From positions 105,485-169,484 of the forward strand of contig DAIDJN010000058.1 of NCBI GenBank assembly GCA_027451365.1: a stretch of 64,000 nt of DNA, written 5' to 3'. This DNA is from Phycisphaerales bacterium. Its GTDB lineage: Bacteria; Planctomycetota; Phycisphaerae; WQYP01. The translations under genes were made by a program, and so were the position numbers. A model generated the notes under the pieces. It had not been told where the DNA came from. It worked only from the letters and a program-made list of their open reading frames with translations, and did not search any database. Of the stretch, positions 19,693 through 30,035 are shown in pieces. Every line of letters starts with the position of its first letter. The first letter of the stretch is position 1.

Positions 19693-20567
19693 TTAGCCGC
19701 TCCGCTGGCGTTTGTGGCTGGCGATTGGCCGGGAATCAGATTCCCAAACGCCTTAAACGTATTCTGCACGCCATTGCCTAGCGATTTTCCAAGATTACTG
19801 GTGCCATTCAGCAAGTCGCCGGCTCCAGCACCAAGTATGCCGCCCGCAGCCTGCAGTGAATTCCGGAAAGCGGCGGGAATCTGCGGACTTTTAGCCGCTT
19901 GAATAGCAATAGCGCTTAATACCTGACCGAAAAGGTCGGCTATCCGCAGCGGACGGCCATCCGGATTGGTTGGCTGATCAATAACCAGCTTCTTAATGGG
20001 AATGGTAATGGGCAATCCCTTTTGGCCCGGTATAAGCGAAGGCCGGAAAATGACGGTCAAATGCGTGAGGATCACCTGATTGATCGCAAGTGCTTTGCCG
20101 CCAGAAGCAGTTTGCTGCGTTTTGGATGCCGCCGGCGTAGAAGTTCCGGCGTTGCCCGCCGGCGCTGTATTTTTTTTGATATTGTTCAGGATATCCTGAA
20201 TGTTGGAATTCAAGCCGTTTTGATCGAGCGTAACGGTCAGGCCGTCAATGGCAATCGTGGTAATTTGCACCGTTTGGCCCAGAAGCGAGCCAATTTTCAC
20301 GGTCACTTTGCACGATTTCATATCTAACAGGCTCGGATCGCTGAAACCGGCCGGGTTGGCAATATTTAATCCCTTCAACGCCAACGACCCGCCGAGAATA
20401 TTTAACGCCACCTGACTAAGCGTGGCTTTGACGCCCAAAGCCGCAGTGGCGCGGGAATCTACTTGTTCACGGATAATTGCATTTATGGAAAACCAGAGCG
20501 CCAGCACAAGAACCAGAAAAAGCAAAACCACGATGGTAAGTATTTGGCGAAGTCTCTTTTTTTTCAT
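19689..20567 (-). CDS. AsmA-like membrane-anchored protein
   Basis: N-terminal TM followed by beta-rich ...SLALKGLNIANPAGFSDP...SNIQDILNNI; ATGA overlap with the transporter. Confidence 0.7.
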   Translation of the reverse strand: MKKKRLRQILTIVVLLFLVLVLALWFSINAIIREQVDSRATAALGVKATLSQVALNILGGSLALKGLNIANPAGFSDPSLLDMKSCKVTVKIGSLLGQTVQITTIAIDGLTVTLDQNGLNSNIQDILNNIKKNTAPAGNAGTSTPAASKTQQTASGGKALAINQVILTHLTVIFRPSLIPGQKGLPITIPIKKLVIDQPTNPDGRPLRIADLFGQVLSAIAIQAAKSPQIPAAFRNSLQAAGGILGAGAGDLLNGTSNLGKSLGNGVQNTFKAFGNLIPGQSPATNASGAAK

Positions 20568-20978
20568 GGGGCCGTCTCCTGTGACTTTGGCGAATACGAA
20601 AATTCAGCCTCTTCATATAATAACAGCACTTTTCAGGAAATGCATGGTGCTGTTTGGCAGGATTTGCGACCACGTGCGGCAAGTCGCCGGTTGCGGCCTG
20701 GTAAACGCAGGCCAGCAGTTGCCTACAGTAACCCAAAAATAGTTTCGCGAGCCACACAAAAGCGACTCTTGCGGCAGTCCCCGGCACGCTGGGGCATTGA
20801 TGAGAAAGGTTTCGTCATATGCCCATGGCCGGCAATTTTGAGTTTAACCTTGGCCGCGAATCCTGGCCGGAGGGGCTTATATCTGCCGCAGGCTCATGAA
20901 ACCGGTCATCCCAGATCGCTCATTTCTCAAGTTTCGATCACGGGGATATCCGCCCGCAAAGGCACCGTACCGCGTGCG

Positions 20979-23789
20979 TCACCGTTTGCCGGTTAATTCC
21001 GGCGGGGTGCGTGGGTTGGTGTGCGGAACGTGTTCGATAATCGCTGGTTCCAAGGCGTCTTCTTCCTCGGTCTGGACTGTCGCGTGATCAAATGCCTTGA
21101 CGGCTGCTGTTTCATGTTTGGCTTGAAACACGGCCCAGGCCAAAGCCAGAACGCAGCCCGCCACCACCAGCCATGCGATCCACGGGTGCGGGGAAAGGGG
21201 CGTGATGATGGCTCCAGGCACGCGCGTTTTAAGCAGATTCTGGAAATGCCGGTCAAATGGCAGCAGAAGTGGAACCACCAGCAGGGCCACCATGTTCATC
21301 ACCTTCAGGAGCGGATTGATGGCTGGGCCGGCGGTATCTTTCAACGGGTCGCCAATGGTATCGCCGGTGACGCTGGCCTTGTGTCGTTCCGAGCCTTTGC
21401 CGGTATTTCTGAGCAGATCACGCGGTTCGTCTTCGATGACCTTTTTGGCGTTGTCCCACGCGCCGCCGCTGTTGGCCATAAAAACCGCAAGAATCTGGCC
21501 AGTCAGAATGGCGCCGGCAAGGAAGCCGGCCAGAGCCTGCACGCCAATTAAAAAGCCGACCAGTACGGGTGCCAGGACCGCCAGAAGGCCTGGGCCAATA
21601 AGTTCGCGCTGCGCTTCAAGCGTGCAAATGCTGACAACGCGACCGTAATCGGGCTTTTTCACACGTGTCCAGATCGCCTTATCGTGAAATTGGAGGCGGC
21701 ATTCCTGGACAATCAGGTAAGCCGCCCGTCCGACAGCGCGAATGGCCATGGAACTGAAGAGAAACGGTACCGCGCCGCCAATCAGTAAGCCGACAAAAAG
21801 TCGCGGATCGGCCACATTCAGAAGGCCGGAAACGGCATTATAAATATTTATATTCAGATGTGATTGATCAGATCCGCCGCCACTGCCCACAATGATAATG
21901 AAAGAGGCGAAAAGGCTCAGGGCGGCCACCACGGCGCTGCCAATGGCGATGCCTTTGGTAATGGCTTTGGTGGTGTTGCCGGTGGCATCAAGATCCGCAA
22001 GTACCTGGCGGGCCTGCCGGTAGTTGGTTTCGCCCATTTCATCGGGGTCAAAACCCATTTCGCCAATGCCGTTGGCATTGTCGGCGACCGGACCAAAGAC
22101 ATCCATGCTCAGTGTATTGCCGGTAAGGGTAAGCATTCCGATTCCGCACATCGCCACGCCGTAGGCGACGAAAATGGGATTTGTGCCCGCGAAAATCAGC
22201 ACGCTGGAAATCACTGCGCCGGCGATAATAAGGGCTGCCCAGACACTGCTTTCCATGCCCACGGCCAGGCCTTGGATAATATTGGTCGCGTGCCCTGTAT
22301 CGCAGGCCCGGACAAGCGTTTTAACCGGCGGATGCTGTGTACCGGTAAAATATTCCGTACACCAGTTGAGCACCAGCGCCAGCATAATACCGCACAAGGT
22401 GGCTTCCGCGGGCCGCCAATCCAGTCCGGCGATTCCAAAGTTCGCCCACCATGGGGCGTGAGCCTCTACCTTCGCAAGGACCGAATTAGCCTGCAAGGCC
22501 GCAGGTGAAAGCCGGAAATAGAAAAAGCCAAGAGTCAAAAAACCAACCGTGCTCAGCGCCGCGCCAAGCCGGAAGCCAAATGTGATGGATTTCATGGCTC
22601 TGTCCACTCCGCTTTGTCCGGCACTCCCCTTGTCCGCGCGAACACTCCAGGTGGAGAACATATCCGAGCAGACGCCAATGGCCCGCACGAGCAGGGGAAA
22701 CATCACGCCGATGTGTCCAAATGCGGCCCAGCCCAATATCATGGCCGCGACCATGGTGACTTCATAGCTTTCAAAAATATCGGCGGCCATACCTGCGCAG
22801 TCACCGACATTATCACCGACATTGTCGGCGATGGTGGCGGCATTACGCGGGTCATCTTCGGGAATGTCCTTTTCGATTTTTCCAACAAGGTCCGCACCCA
22901 CATCGGCGGCCTTGGTGTAAATGCCCCCGCCCACGCGCATAAAAAGTGCCAGAAGCGTGCCACCAAAGCCGAATCCAAGCAGGGCTTCAGGAGCGCGGTC
23001 TCCAAAGTACATAAAAATAACGGTAGCACCGAGTAACCCCAACGCATCGGTTAACATGCCGGTAACCGTTCCGGTGCGATACCCGATCTGCATGGCTCGA
23101 CCGAAACCTTCCCTGGCGGCGGCCGCCACACGCAGATTGCCACGGGTGGCCATGAACATGCCGATGGTACCGACAACCATTGAAAACAACGACCCCATGA
23201 GAAATGCAATACCCCGACCAAACGGCAGACTGATGCCCGCGGCGGTATTCCATTTGGCAGTCAAAATGAGGATCAGTGTGACGATTATTATAATCGGAAA
23301 AAGCGTTCGCCGCTGCCGCTTAAGATAGGCCTGTGCGCCTTCGCGAATCGCCATTGCGACTTCCTGCATTTTCGGCGTGCCGCGGTCCGATTTACGCACG
23401 AAGCGCGTCAGAAAGCCCGCGTAAACCAGGCCGAGCAAAGCCACTCCGAGCACGAGGAACAAGGCGACCCGTTCATAGGGTGCAAAACTGGACGACCACA
23501 AAAAGCCGAAGGGCACAAAATGATGAGATGCGGCAGTCGGCGATGCGGCAGCGGTGGCGGGTGTCACGGTGGCAAGGGGCAAGTATCCGGCGCGGGCCAG
23601 TTCCACCATGACCAGCAGGCCAATGGTGGCCAGCATAAGCAGGCCGGTCTTGCTCGCAAATGCGCGCAATAAGTTTCTGGTCAATCCGGGACCGGCGCGC
23701 GGTCCTGGAGATGTCTGTTTCACAGAGGCATGTGATGTGTTGCCTCGATGGTCATCTTCCGAAGAGGCTTTTGGTTTCTGATGAAACAT
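20979..23789 (-). CDS. hppA: Membrane H+-translocating pyrophosphatase, K+-independent signature
   Basis: GGGIYTKAADVGADLVGKIE, EDDPRN, DNVGDNVGD, GNTTKAITKG, GGAWDNAKK, GDTIGDPLKDTAGP. Start codon uncertain. Confidence 0.95.
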   Translation of the reverse strand: MFHQKPKASSEDDHRGNTSHASVKQTSPGPRAGPGLTRNLLRAFASKTGLLMLATIGLLVMVELARAGYLPLATVTPATAAASPTAASHHFVPFGFLWSSSFAPYERVALFLVLGVALLGLVYAGFLTRFVRKSDRGTPKMQEVAMAIREGAQAYLKRQRRTLFPIIIIVTLILILTAKWNTAAGISLPFGRGIAFLMGSLFSMVVGTIGMFMATRGNLRVAAAAREGFGRAMQIGYRTGTVTGMLTDALGLLGATVIFMYFGDRAPEALLGFGFGGTLLALFMRVGGGIYTKAADVGADLVGKIEKDIPEDDPRNAATIADNVGDNVGDCAGMAADIFESYEVTMVAAMILGWAAFGHIGVMFPLLVRAIGVCSDMFSTWSVRADKGSAGQSGVDRAMKSITFGFRLGAALSTVGFLTLGFFYFRLSPAALQANSVLAKVEAHAPWWANFGIAGLDWRPAEATLCGIMLALVLNWCTEYFTGTQHPPVKTLVRACDTGHATNIIQGLAVGMESSVWAALIIAGAVISSVLIFAGTNPIFVAYGVAMCGIGMLTLTGNTLSMDVFGPVADNANGIGEMGFDPDEMGETNYRQARQVLADLDATGNTTKAITKGIAIGSAVVAALSLFASFIIIVGSGGGSDQSHLNINIYNAVSGLLNVADPRLFVGLLIGGAVPFLFSSMAIRAVGRAAYLIVQECRLQFHDKAIWTRVKKPDYGRVVSICTLEAQRELIGPGLLAVLAPVLVGFLIGVQALAGFLAGAILTGQILAVFMANSGGAWDNAKKVIEDEPRDLLRNTGKGSERHKASVTGDTIGDPLKDTAGPAINPLLKVMNMVALLVVPLLLPFDRHFQNLLKTRVPGAIITPLSPHPWIAWLVVAGCVLALAWAVFQAKHETAAVKAFDHATVQTEEEDALEPAIIEHVPHTNPRTPPELTGKR

Positions 23790-24153
23790 GATGTTAAATC
23801 TCCTGTACTGACGCAGCGCAACTGACGCCAACCGCATCCGCTGTCGGAATCATTTCAAATGACCCGCGACATCGGCTAACCGTTCGCCACCAGAATCAGA
23901 CTAAGGTGTCAGGTTTCGGTTGGGCATCAAAGAAAGGCCTTAACTTCTACCAGCAAGCGGGCATGAATTCCCATAAGGAAATTCCCTAGGTCAGTGGCTG
24001 AAATATTGGGATTGTAGAATGCGGTAATCCGTGCGCGATACCGCGGACAGCAGGTGAATCTGATGATCCCGGAAATAGACGGCCTGGTGGGGTGGACGCA
24101 TTAAATCTCGCGAAATGACCCAGCGGCACCCCGACGAGTGTGATTGCACATCG

Positions 24154-24843
24154 CTATCCCGCCACCGTCGGGGAGGTCGTGCACCGTTGCCTTTTCTGCA
24201 GGCTGTTGTGTGTCAGCCAATTCAGCCAGGGGGCAATGTGATTCTCACGGACAGAAATTTCCAGCAATGGCGCAGCGGCATTCAAATGCGCCACATCGGA
24301 GCGAAATTGTGGGAGATTAAAGGGTATATATTGCAGGAGGTCCGTTTTATTAAGCAACAAGGCTCCGGCCACTAGAGATACATGCGGGTGTTTGGCGGCT
24401 TTGTCGTCTCCCTGGCAGACACTGAACATTCCAATTTTTACGTGCTGGCCAAGGTCAAATCCAACCGGACAGATCAAGTTGCCGACATTTTCAATAAATA
24501 GAACATCCAGGCTCTTAAGGTCAAGCCGCGTGATTGCCTGGCGTACCTGATTGGCGTCCAGATGGCAGCCATTGCCGGTGTTTATCTGAACCACATTGTC
24601 ACAATATTTCGCCAGACGATCCCCGTCGCGACTGGTGGCCGGGTCGCCCGCTAGAACGCCGATTTCAAGAATGCCGCTAAGCTTTTCGAGAGTGGCTTCA
24701 AGCAACGCAGTTTTTCCGCAGCCCGGCGCGCCAATTAAATCTACGACATAGACGCCGGCTTGGTCGAATTTAAGACGATTCTGCATGGCGATTTCGTCAT
24801 TTAACTTCAGCACATTTTCAACAACAGGCACTTTCATAAGCAA
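24154..24843 (-). CDS. hypB: Hydrogenase nickel-insertion GTPase HypB
   Basis: GAPGCGKT, QINTGNGCHLDA, ENVGNLICP, NKTD. Confidence 0.97.
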   Translation of the reverse strand: MLMKVPVVENVLKLNDEIAMQNRLKFDQAGVYVVDLIGAPGCGKTALLEATLEKLSGILEIGVLAGDPATSRDGDRLAKYCDNVVQINTGNGCHLDANQVRQAITRLDLKSLDVLFIENVGNLICPVGFDLGQHVKIGMFSVCQGDDKAAKHPHVSLVAGALLLNKTDLLQYIPFNLPQFRSDVAHLNAAAPLLEISVRENHIAPWLNWLTHNSLQKRQRCTTSPTVAG

Positions 24844-24849
24844 CTCCTT

Positions 24850-25269
24850 TTAGTTAAGAGCCCCGGCCGGAAATTCACCGGTCGGATGTTCGCCGTCATA
24901 TCCCGGCGTTTCGGCGGTTTCGGCCAGGCGTTCCACATCGCAGGCAATAATTTCCAATTCGCGTCCGGCAATCGTGCGACCCGCACCGGCTCCGCAAAAG
25001 CAGGCTGTGATCTGGCAGGCCGCATCGGCAGGTTCCCATTCGTTTCCACACCTGTCACAGCGAAGCCGCCATGGGACTCTCTCAATATGCAAGGCGGCAT
25101 CGGGCCGGCCGGCGGCGGTAAGCAGGGCATGCCAGCCGAAGCCCAGAGAATCGTTATCAATTCCCTGCAAGGCACCTATTCGCAGTTCGACGCTGACCAG
25201 TTCCGAGCCTGGCGGCATTTGCTGCGCAAGAATATTCAGAATGGATTCGGCGATGGAAAGTTCATGCAT
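24850..25269 (-). CDS. hypA: Hydrogenase nickel metallochaperone HypA
   Basis: MHELSIA N-terminus, CDRC, GRELEI; GGAGG RBS. Confidence 0.93.
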   Translation of the reverse strand: MHELSIAESILNILAQQMPPGSELVSVELRIGALQGIDNDSLGFGWHALLTAAGRPDAALHIERVPWRLRCDRCGNEWEPADAACQITACFCGAGAGRTIAGRELEIIACDVERLAETAETPGYDGEHPTGEFPAGALN

Positions 25270-25301
25270 GGCGTACCTCCTGGATTGCGCTGCGGAGACT
25301 G

Positions 25302-26300
25302 CTAATCCCGCGACCAATTTTGCAGAATGTGAATGTAATTGGTGCGTTCATGCAATTCCGGCCTTGGCATGCGGGCGAGGCTCATAACCCCCTGCAATTC
25401 CGAAAGAGATTGATATTCGTGTTGTTCCATCCATTCGGCCATTTTCTTATGTACCATGGTCAGATGCCGGGGGCCCTGTTTCAGGAGGGCGGAAACCATT
25501 TGCATCGCGCCGGCACCGGCCATAATTCCCTTGATGGCGTCGGCCGCGGTATGCACACCACCGGTAATGGCGATATCAGACTTGATATGTCCATACATTG
25601 CTGCGGTCCAGCGTATACGCAGCAGCAGGTCATCAGAAGTTGACAATTGAAGTGACGGCATCGGAGCGAGTTCCTCAATGTCAATATTGGCCTGATAAAA
25701 GCGGTTGAAAAGCACCACGGCATTGACATCGCACTGGGCGACGCGGCGGGCGAAATTGACGGGCGAGGTATAAAACGGCGAGAGTTTCACCGCCAGGGGA
25801 ATAGTGACAGCATTGCGCACCGCACGAATTATATCCAGAGAATCTTCTTCCAGGCGGGCGGCGGTTCGCTGGCCATCTATGGGCATATCATAAATATTCA
25901 ATTCCAGCCCGTCGGCACCGGCTTCTTGGATCATGCGGGCATAGCTGACCCATCCGCCTGCGCTGTAGCCATTGAGTGAAGCAATCACCGGCACGGAAAC
26001 CGCCGATTTGACCTTCCATATATGGCGCAGATATTCCTCCGGGCCCAGACGGAACTCTTCCGGTCGGGGCAGAAAAGTACTGGCCTCAAAATTGGAATAG
26101 TCGGCATGTTCCATTGCCCAGTTCAAAGACACCTGTTCTTTGATAAGCTGCTCTTCAAATATGGAATACATGATCAACATGGGGGCGCCGGCATCTTCCA
26201 GGCGGCGAACCACGTCCAGGTTATTGACCAGCGGCGAAGCGCCGGGAATAATCGGGCTGTTTAAAATAAAGCCCATGTATGTTGTCGACATGTCAGTCAT
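25302..26300 (-). CDS. Dihydroorotate dehydrogenase-like FMN protein (nifJ-associated type)
   Basis: SIFEEQL, VIASLNG, GADGLELNIY, VKLSPF, LFNRFYQ, TGGVHT; lacks the NxSCPN catalytic Cys motif. Confidence 0.88.
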   Translation of the reverse strand: MTDMSTTYMGFILNSPIIPGASPLVNNLDVVRRLEDAGAPMLIMYSIFEEQLIKEQVSLNWAMEHADYSNFEASTFLPRPEEFRLGPEEYLRHIWKVKSAVSVPVIASLNGYSAGGWVSYARMIQEAGADGLELNIYDMPIDGQRTAARLEEDSLDIIRAVRNAVTIPLAVKLSPFYTSPVNFARRVAQCDVNAVVLFNRFYQANIDIEELAPMPSLQLSTSDDLLLRIRWTAAMYGHIKSDIAITGGVHTAADAIKGIMAGAGAMQMVSALLKQGPRHLTMVHKKMAEWMEQHEYQSLSELQGVMSLARMPRPELHERTNYIHILQNWSRD

Positions 26301-26354
26301 AAAGCACACTCCTTGTTTCTCCTTGGCCGCATCGGCTTCATCCGGAGCGGGACC

Positions 26355-29300
26355 CTACGCTTTAACTGCCCCATCATTGTTTGTCCGGCCATCGAATCCG
26401 GTTTTAATCGCCGGTGATGCGGAACTCGCATCAAGTGACGCCGCAGCATCCGGCGAGGGCGCGGTATCCTGCGGAAGCACAATGCGAGCCAGTTCGCGGT
26501 ACAGGGCAACGCGCTGCAACGTGTTGCGAACCGCCTGATCAGCCAGCAGATGGAAACGGTCTGAATCCATCTTTTCTACCATGGCAAAGCGCGTTTCATT
26601 TTGCATGTAATCCAGGGCGCTGCCGCGAAGAACCGTTGCATCTAACTGTAGCGGTGCCTTGCCCTGGTCCACTAGACGTGGATCGTAGCGGTACAATGGC
26701 CATACGCCGCTCTCCACAGCCCGCTTCTGCTGATCGGCACCCATTCGCAGATCATATCCATGGGCAATGCAATGGCTGTAAGCAATGATCAGAGATGGAC
26801 CATGGAAAGAAGCGGCCTCGCTGAAGGCCTTAACGGTTTGATTGTCGTTGGCACCAAAAGCCACGCTGGCCACATAGGCGTGACGGTAGCTCATGGCCAT
26901 AAGCCCCAGGTCTTTTTTGGCAGTGCCTTTGCCGGCGGAAGCATATTTTGCGGCCGCAGCCAATGGCGTACTCTTGGAACTTTGTCCGCCGGTGTTGGAA
27001 TAAACTTCCGTGTCCAGCACCAGAACGTTGATATCAAAAGGCAGGCTTAATACATGATCCAGTCCGCCGTAGTCAATATCGTAGGCCCACCCATCGCCGC
27101 CTACAATCCAGATGCTTTTATGGACAAGGTAATCGGCCAGTTGTGCCAGAACAACAGACGGATTGCCAGGAATGGTGGCCAGCGCTTGGCGAAGTGCTTT
27201 CACGCGCTGCCGCTGTTCCGCGATTTGCTGTTCGGTGGATTGCGGGCTGTCAAGCAACTGGTCAACAAGCTGACTGCCGAGCAACCCCCCCAATTCGGTG
27301 AGAAGTCTGCGGGCATGATTCATATGTTCAAGAACACCAAGGCGAATGCCCAGTCCGAATTCAGCATTGTCTTCAAAAAGAGAATTGCTCCAGGCCGGAC
27401 CGCGGCCATCGCGATTTTTCGTATAGGGCGTCGTGGGCAGATTTCCGCCGTAAATCGATGAACAGCCGGTGGCATTGGCGATGATCAAACGGTCGCCAAA
27501 CAATTGGCTAAGAAGTTTGATGTAAGGCGTTTCACCGCAGCCGGCACAGGCTCCGGAATATTCAAACAGAGGAAGTAGAAACTGGCTGGATTTGGCGTCA
27601 AGCCGGGTTATGCGGCTGCGGTCAACCTCCGGAATATTCAGGAAAAAGTCATAATTTAAGCGTTCCTGATCGCGCCGCTCGCGTTGGGGCATCAAGTTGA
27701 TGGCTTTGTGCTTGGGATTGGTGCGGTCTTTGGCGGGGCATACCTGCACGCACAGCCCGCAACCGGTGCAATCTTCCGGCGCTACCTGCAATGTATAGGT
27801 AAGACCGCGCATATCCGGTGCTTTGTAGGGCACGCCAAGAAAACTTTCCGGCGCATTGGATGCTTGCGCGGCCTCATATACCTTGGCGCGAATGGCGGCA
27901 TGTGGACAGACAAAAGCACACTTGTTGCATTGAATGCAGACTTCCGGTTCCCAGACGGGAATTTCTGCCGCAATATTGCGTTTTTCCCAGCGGGTTGTTC
28001 CGGTCGGCCAGGTGCCATCAACGGGGAAGGCGCTGACCGGCAGAAGGTCGCCTTTGCCGGCCATCATGACGCTCTGGACGCGCCGGGTAAAATCATCCAT
28101 TCGTTCATCGGCGAAACCGGTTTGATGCAGTTGAGAAGTCGCCGTTTGCGGCACCCGAATCGCGTGGAGATTCTCCAGAGATTTATCGACGGCCTGAAAA
28201 TTCCTTTTCACCACTTCTTCGCCACGTTTGGCGTAGGTTTTTTCAATTGAATGTTTGATGGCGGCTATAGCTTCGGGTCGCTCGAGCACACCGGAAATCG
28301 CGAAAAAGCAGGTCTGCATGACCGTATTGATGCGTCCGCCCATGCCGGCTTGGCGCGCGACTTTTCCCGCATCAATGGCATAGAGTTTCAAATGTCGTTC
28401 TATAATTGTGCGCTGAATCTCCACCGGCAACGCGCCCCACACATCTTCGGGCGCAAGCGGAGCATTTATCAGAAAAACGCCCCCATTTTCCGCAGCTTCC
28501 AGAATGTCCATCTTTTCCAGGAATTCAAATTGATGGCAAGCGATAAAATTCGCGCGGCGAATCAGATAGGGGGCCTTGATCGGTTCGGGTCCGAACCGCA
28601 GATGCGATATGGTCATGGCTCCTGATTTTTTTGAATCGTAGACAAAATAACCCTGCGCGTGAAGCGTGGTTTCATCACCAATGATCTTTATGGAGTTTTT
28701 ATTTGCACCCACGGTTCCGTCGGCACCCAGGCCGAAAAACATCGCCTTGACCACCTTGGGCGATTCAATATCAAAATCGTTGTCCACAGCCAAAGACAAA
28801 TGGGTGACATCGTCGTTAATGCCAACGGTGAAGCGCCGCAACGGATGTTCCTTTGCCAGTTCATCCAGTACCGCTTTGACCATGGCGGGGGTGAATTCCT
28901 TGCTCGAAAGCCCATATCGACCGCCGATCACCTCTGGCATATTGCCCATTGGCAGAACGAAGCTTTGCGCAGCCTCGTGCAGAGCAGCCACAACATCCTG
29001 ATAAAGCGGCTCGCCAACAGCGCCGGGTTCCTTGGTTCGATCCAGCACCGCGATGCGTTTTGTAGAAGCGGGAAGCGCCGCCACGAATTGATCCACCACA
29101 AAGGGACGATAAAGCCGGACCAGCACACAACCAACTTTGGCACCGCGTTCCGCCAGATACCGAACAGTTTCGGCTGCGGTCTGGGCTCCGCTGCCCATCG
29201 CGACTACAACGCGATCGGCCCGGGGATCGCCTGCATATTCATAAGCCTGATAGGATCGGCCTGTAAGCTCCGCAAAACGCTTCATCTCTTCAGGAATAAT

Positions 29301-30035
29301 GGCTGAGAGTTGATTATAAAAAGTATTGCACGCCTCACGCGCCTGAAAAAAGGTATCCGGATTTTGTGCCGTACCGCGTAATACGGGCTTGTCCGGTGTA
29401 AGCGCCCGATTGCGATGCGCATCCACCCATTCTTGACGAACGATGCCCCTGAGGTCTTCATCGGCGAGCATCTGGACGCGATTGAGTTCATGCGAAGTCC
29501 GGAATCCGTCAAAAAAATGAACGAACGGAATTCGTGAACGGAGCGTGCACGCGGTACTGATTGCCGCCAGATCGTGTGCTTCCTGAACACTTGTTCCGCC
29601 TAAAATGGCAAAGCCGGTCTGGCGGCAGGCCATAATGTCCGAATGATCCCCAAAAATCGAAAGTCCATGGGTCGCAAGGCTGCGCGCCGCCACGTGCATG
29701 ACAAAGCTGGTAAGTTCGCCGGCTATTTTGTACATATTGGGAATCATCAAAAGCAGACCCTGCGAAGCGGTGAATGTGGTGCAAATGGCACCGGCGCTTA
29801 AGCCGCCATGGACGGCACCGATGGCACCGCCTTCACTTTGCATTTCCACCACAGTGGGGATTCCTCCCCATATATTCGTGCGGTGGCGCGTGGCCCAGTC
29901 ATCGGCCAGTTCTCCCATGTTGCTGGAAGGGGTAATCGGATAAATGGCCGCCAATTCACTTGTGCGAAACGCGACGCTTGCCGCAGCTTCATTGCCATCA
30001 ATGGTGATGCTCTTTTGATTCGGTCTAATTGTCAT
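26355..30035 (-). CDS. nifJ: Pyruvate:ferredoxin/flavodoxin oxidoreductase, homodimeric type
   Basis: DGNEA, YPITPSS, EMQSEGGA, two 4Fe-4S motifs (CIQCNKC, CTGCGLC), GACAGCGET, GGDGWAYDI. Confidence 0.98.
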   Translation of the reverse strand: MTIRPNQKSITIDGNEAAASVAFRTSELAAIYPITPSSNMGELADDWATRHRTNIWGGIPTVVEMQSEGGAIGAVHGGLSAGAICTTFTASQGLLLMIPNMYKIAGELTSFVMHVAARSLATHGLSIFGDHSDIMACRQTGFAILGGTSVQEAHDLAAISTACTLRSRIPFVHFFDGFRTSHELNRVQMLADEDLRGIVRQEWVDAHRNRALTPDKPVLRGTAQNPDTFFQAREACNTFYNQLSAIIPEEMKRFAELTGRSYQAYEYAGDPRADRVVVAMGSGAQTAAETVRYLAERGAKVGCVLVRLYRPFVVDQFVAALPASTKRIAVLDRTKEPGAVGEPLYQDVVAALHEAAQSFVLPMGNMPEVIGGRYGLSSKEFTPAMVKAVLDELAKEHPLRRFTVGINDDVTHLSLAVDNDFDIESPKVVKAMFFGLGADGTVGANKNSIKIIGDETTLHAQGYFVYDSKKSGAMTISHLRFGPEPIKAPYLIRRANFIACHQFEFLEKMDILEAAENGGVFLINAPLAPEDVWGALPVEIQRTIIERHLKLYAIDAGKVARQAGMGGRINTVMQTCFFAISGVLERPEAIAAIKHSIEKTYAKRGEEVVKRNFQAVDKSLENLHAIRVPQTATSQLHQTGFADERMDDFTRRVQSVMMAGKGDLLPVSAFPVDGTWPTGTTRWEKRNIAAEIPVWEPEVCIQCNKCAFVCPHAAIRAKVYEAAQASNAPESFLGVPYKAPDMRGLTYTLQVAPEDCTGCGLCVQVCPAKDRTNPKHKAINLMPQRERRDQERLNYDFFLNIPEVDRSRITRLDAKSSQFLLPLFEYSGACAGCGETPYIKLLSQLFGDRLIIANATGCSSIYGGNLPTTPYTKNRDGRGPAWSNSLFEDNAEFGLGIRLGVLEHMNHARRLLTELGGLLGSQLVDQLLDSPQSTEQQIAEQRQRVKALRQALATIPGNPSVVLAQLADYLVHKSIWIVGGDGWAYDIDYGGLDHVLSLPFDINVLVLDTEVYSNTGGQSSKSTPLAAAAKYASAGKGTAKKDLGLMAMSYRHAYVASVAFGANDNQTVKAFSEAASFHGPSLIIAYSHCIAHGYDLRMGADQQKRAVESGVWPLYRYDPRLVDQGKAPLQLDATVLRGSALDYMQNETRFAMVEKMDSDRFHLLADQAVRNTLQRVALYRELARIVLPQDTAPSPDAAASLDASSASPAIKTGFDGRTNNDGAVKA

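Noticed and set aside
20600..20830. Cluster of hairpins between hppA and the AsmA-like gene
   Set aside because: Short GC stems without a recognisable RNA-family motif; may be termination signals or chance.
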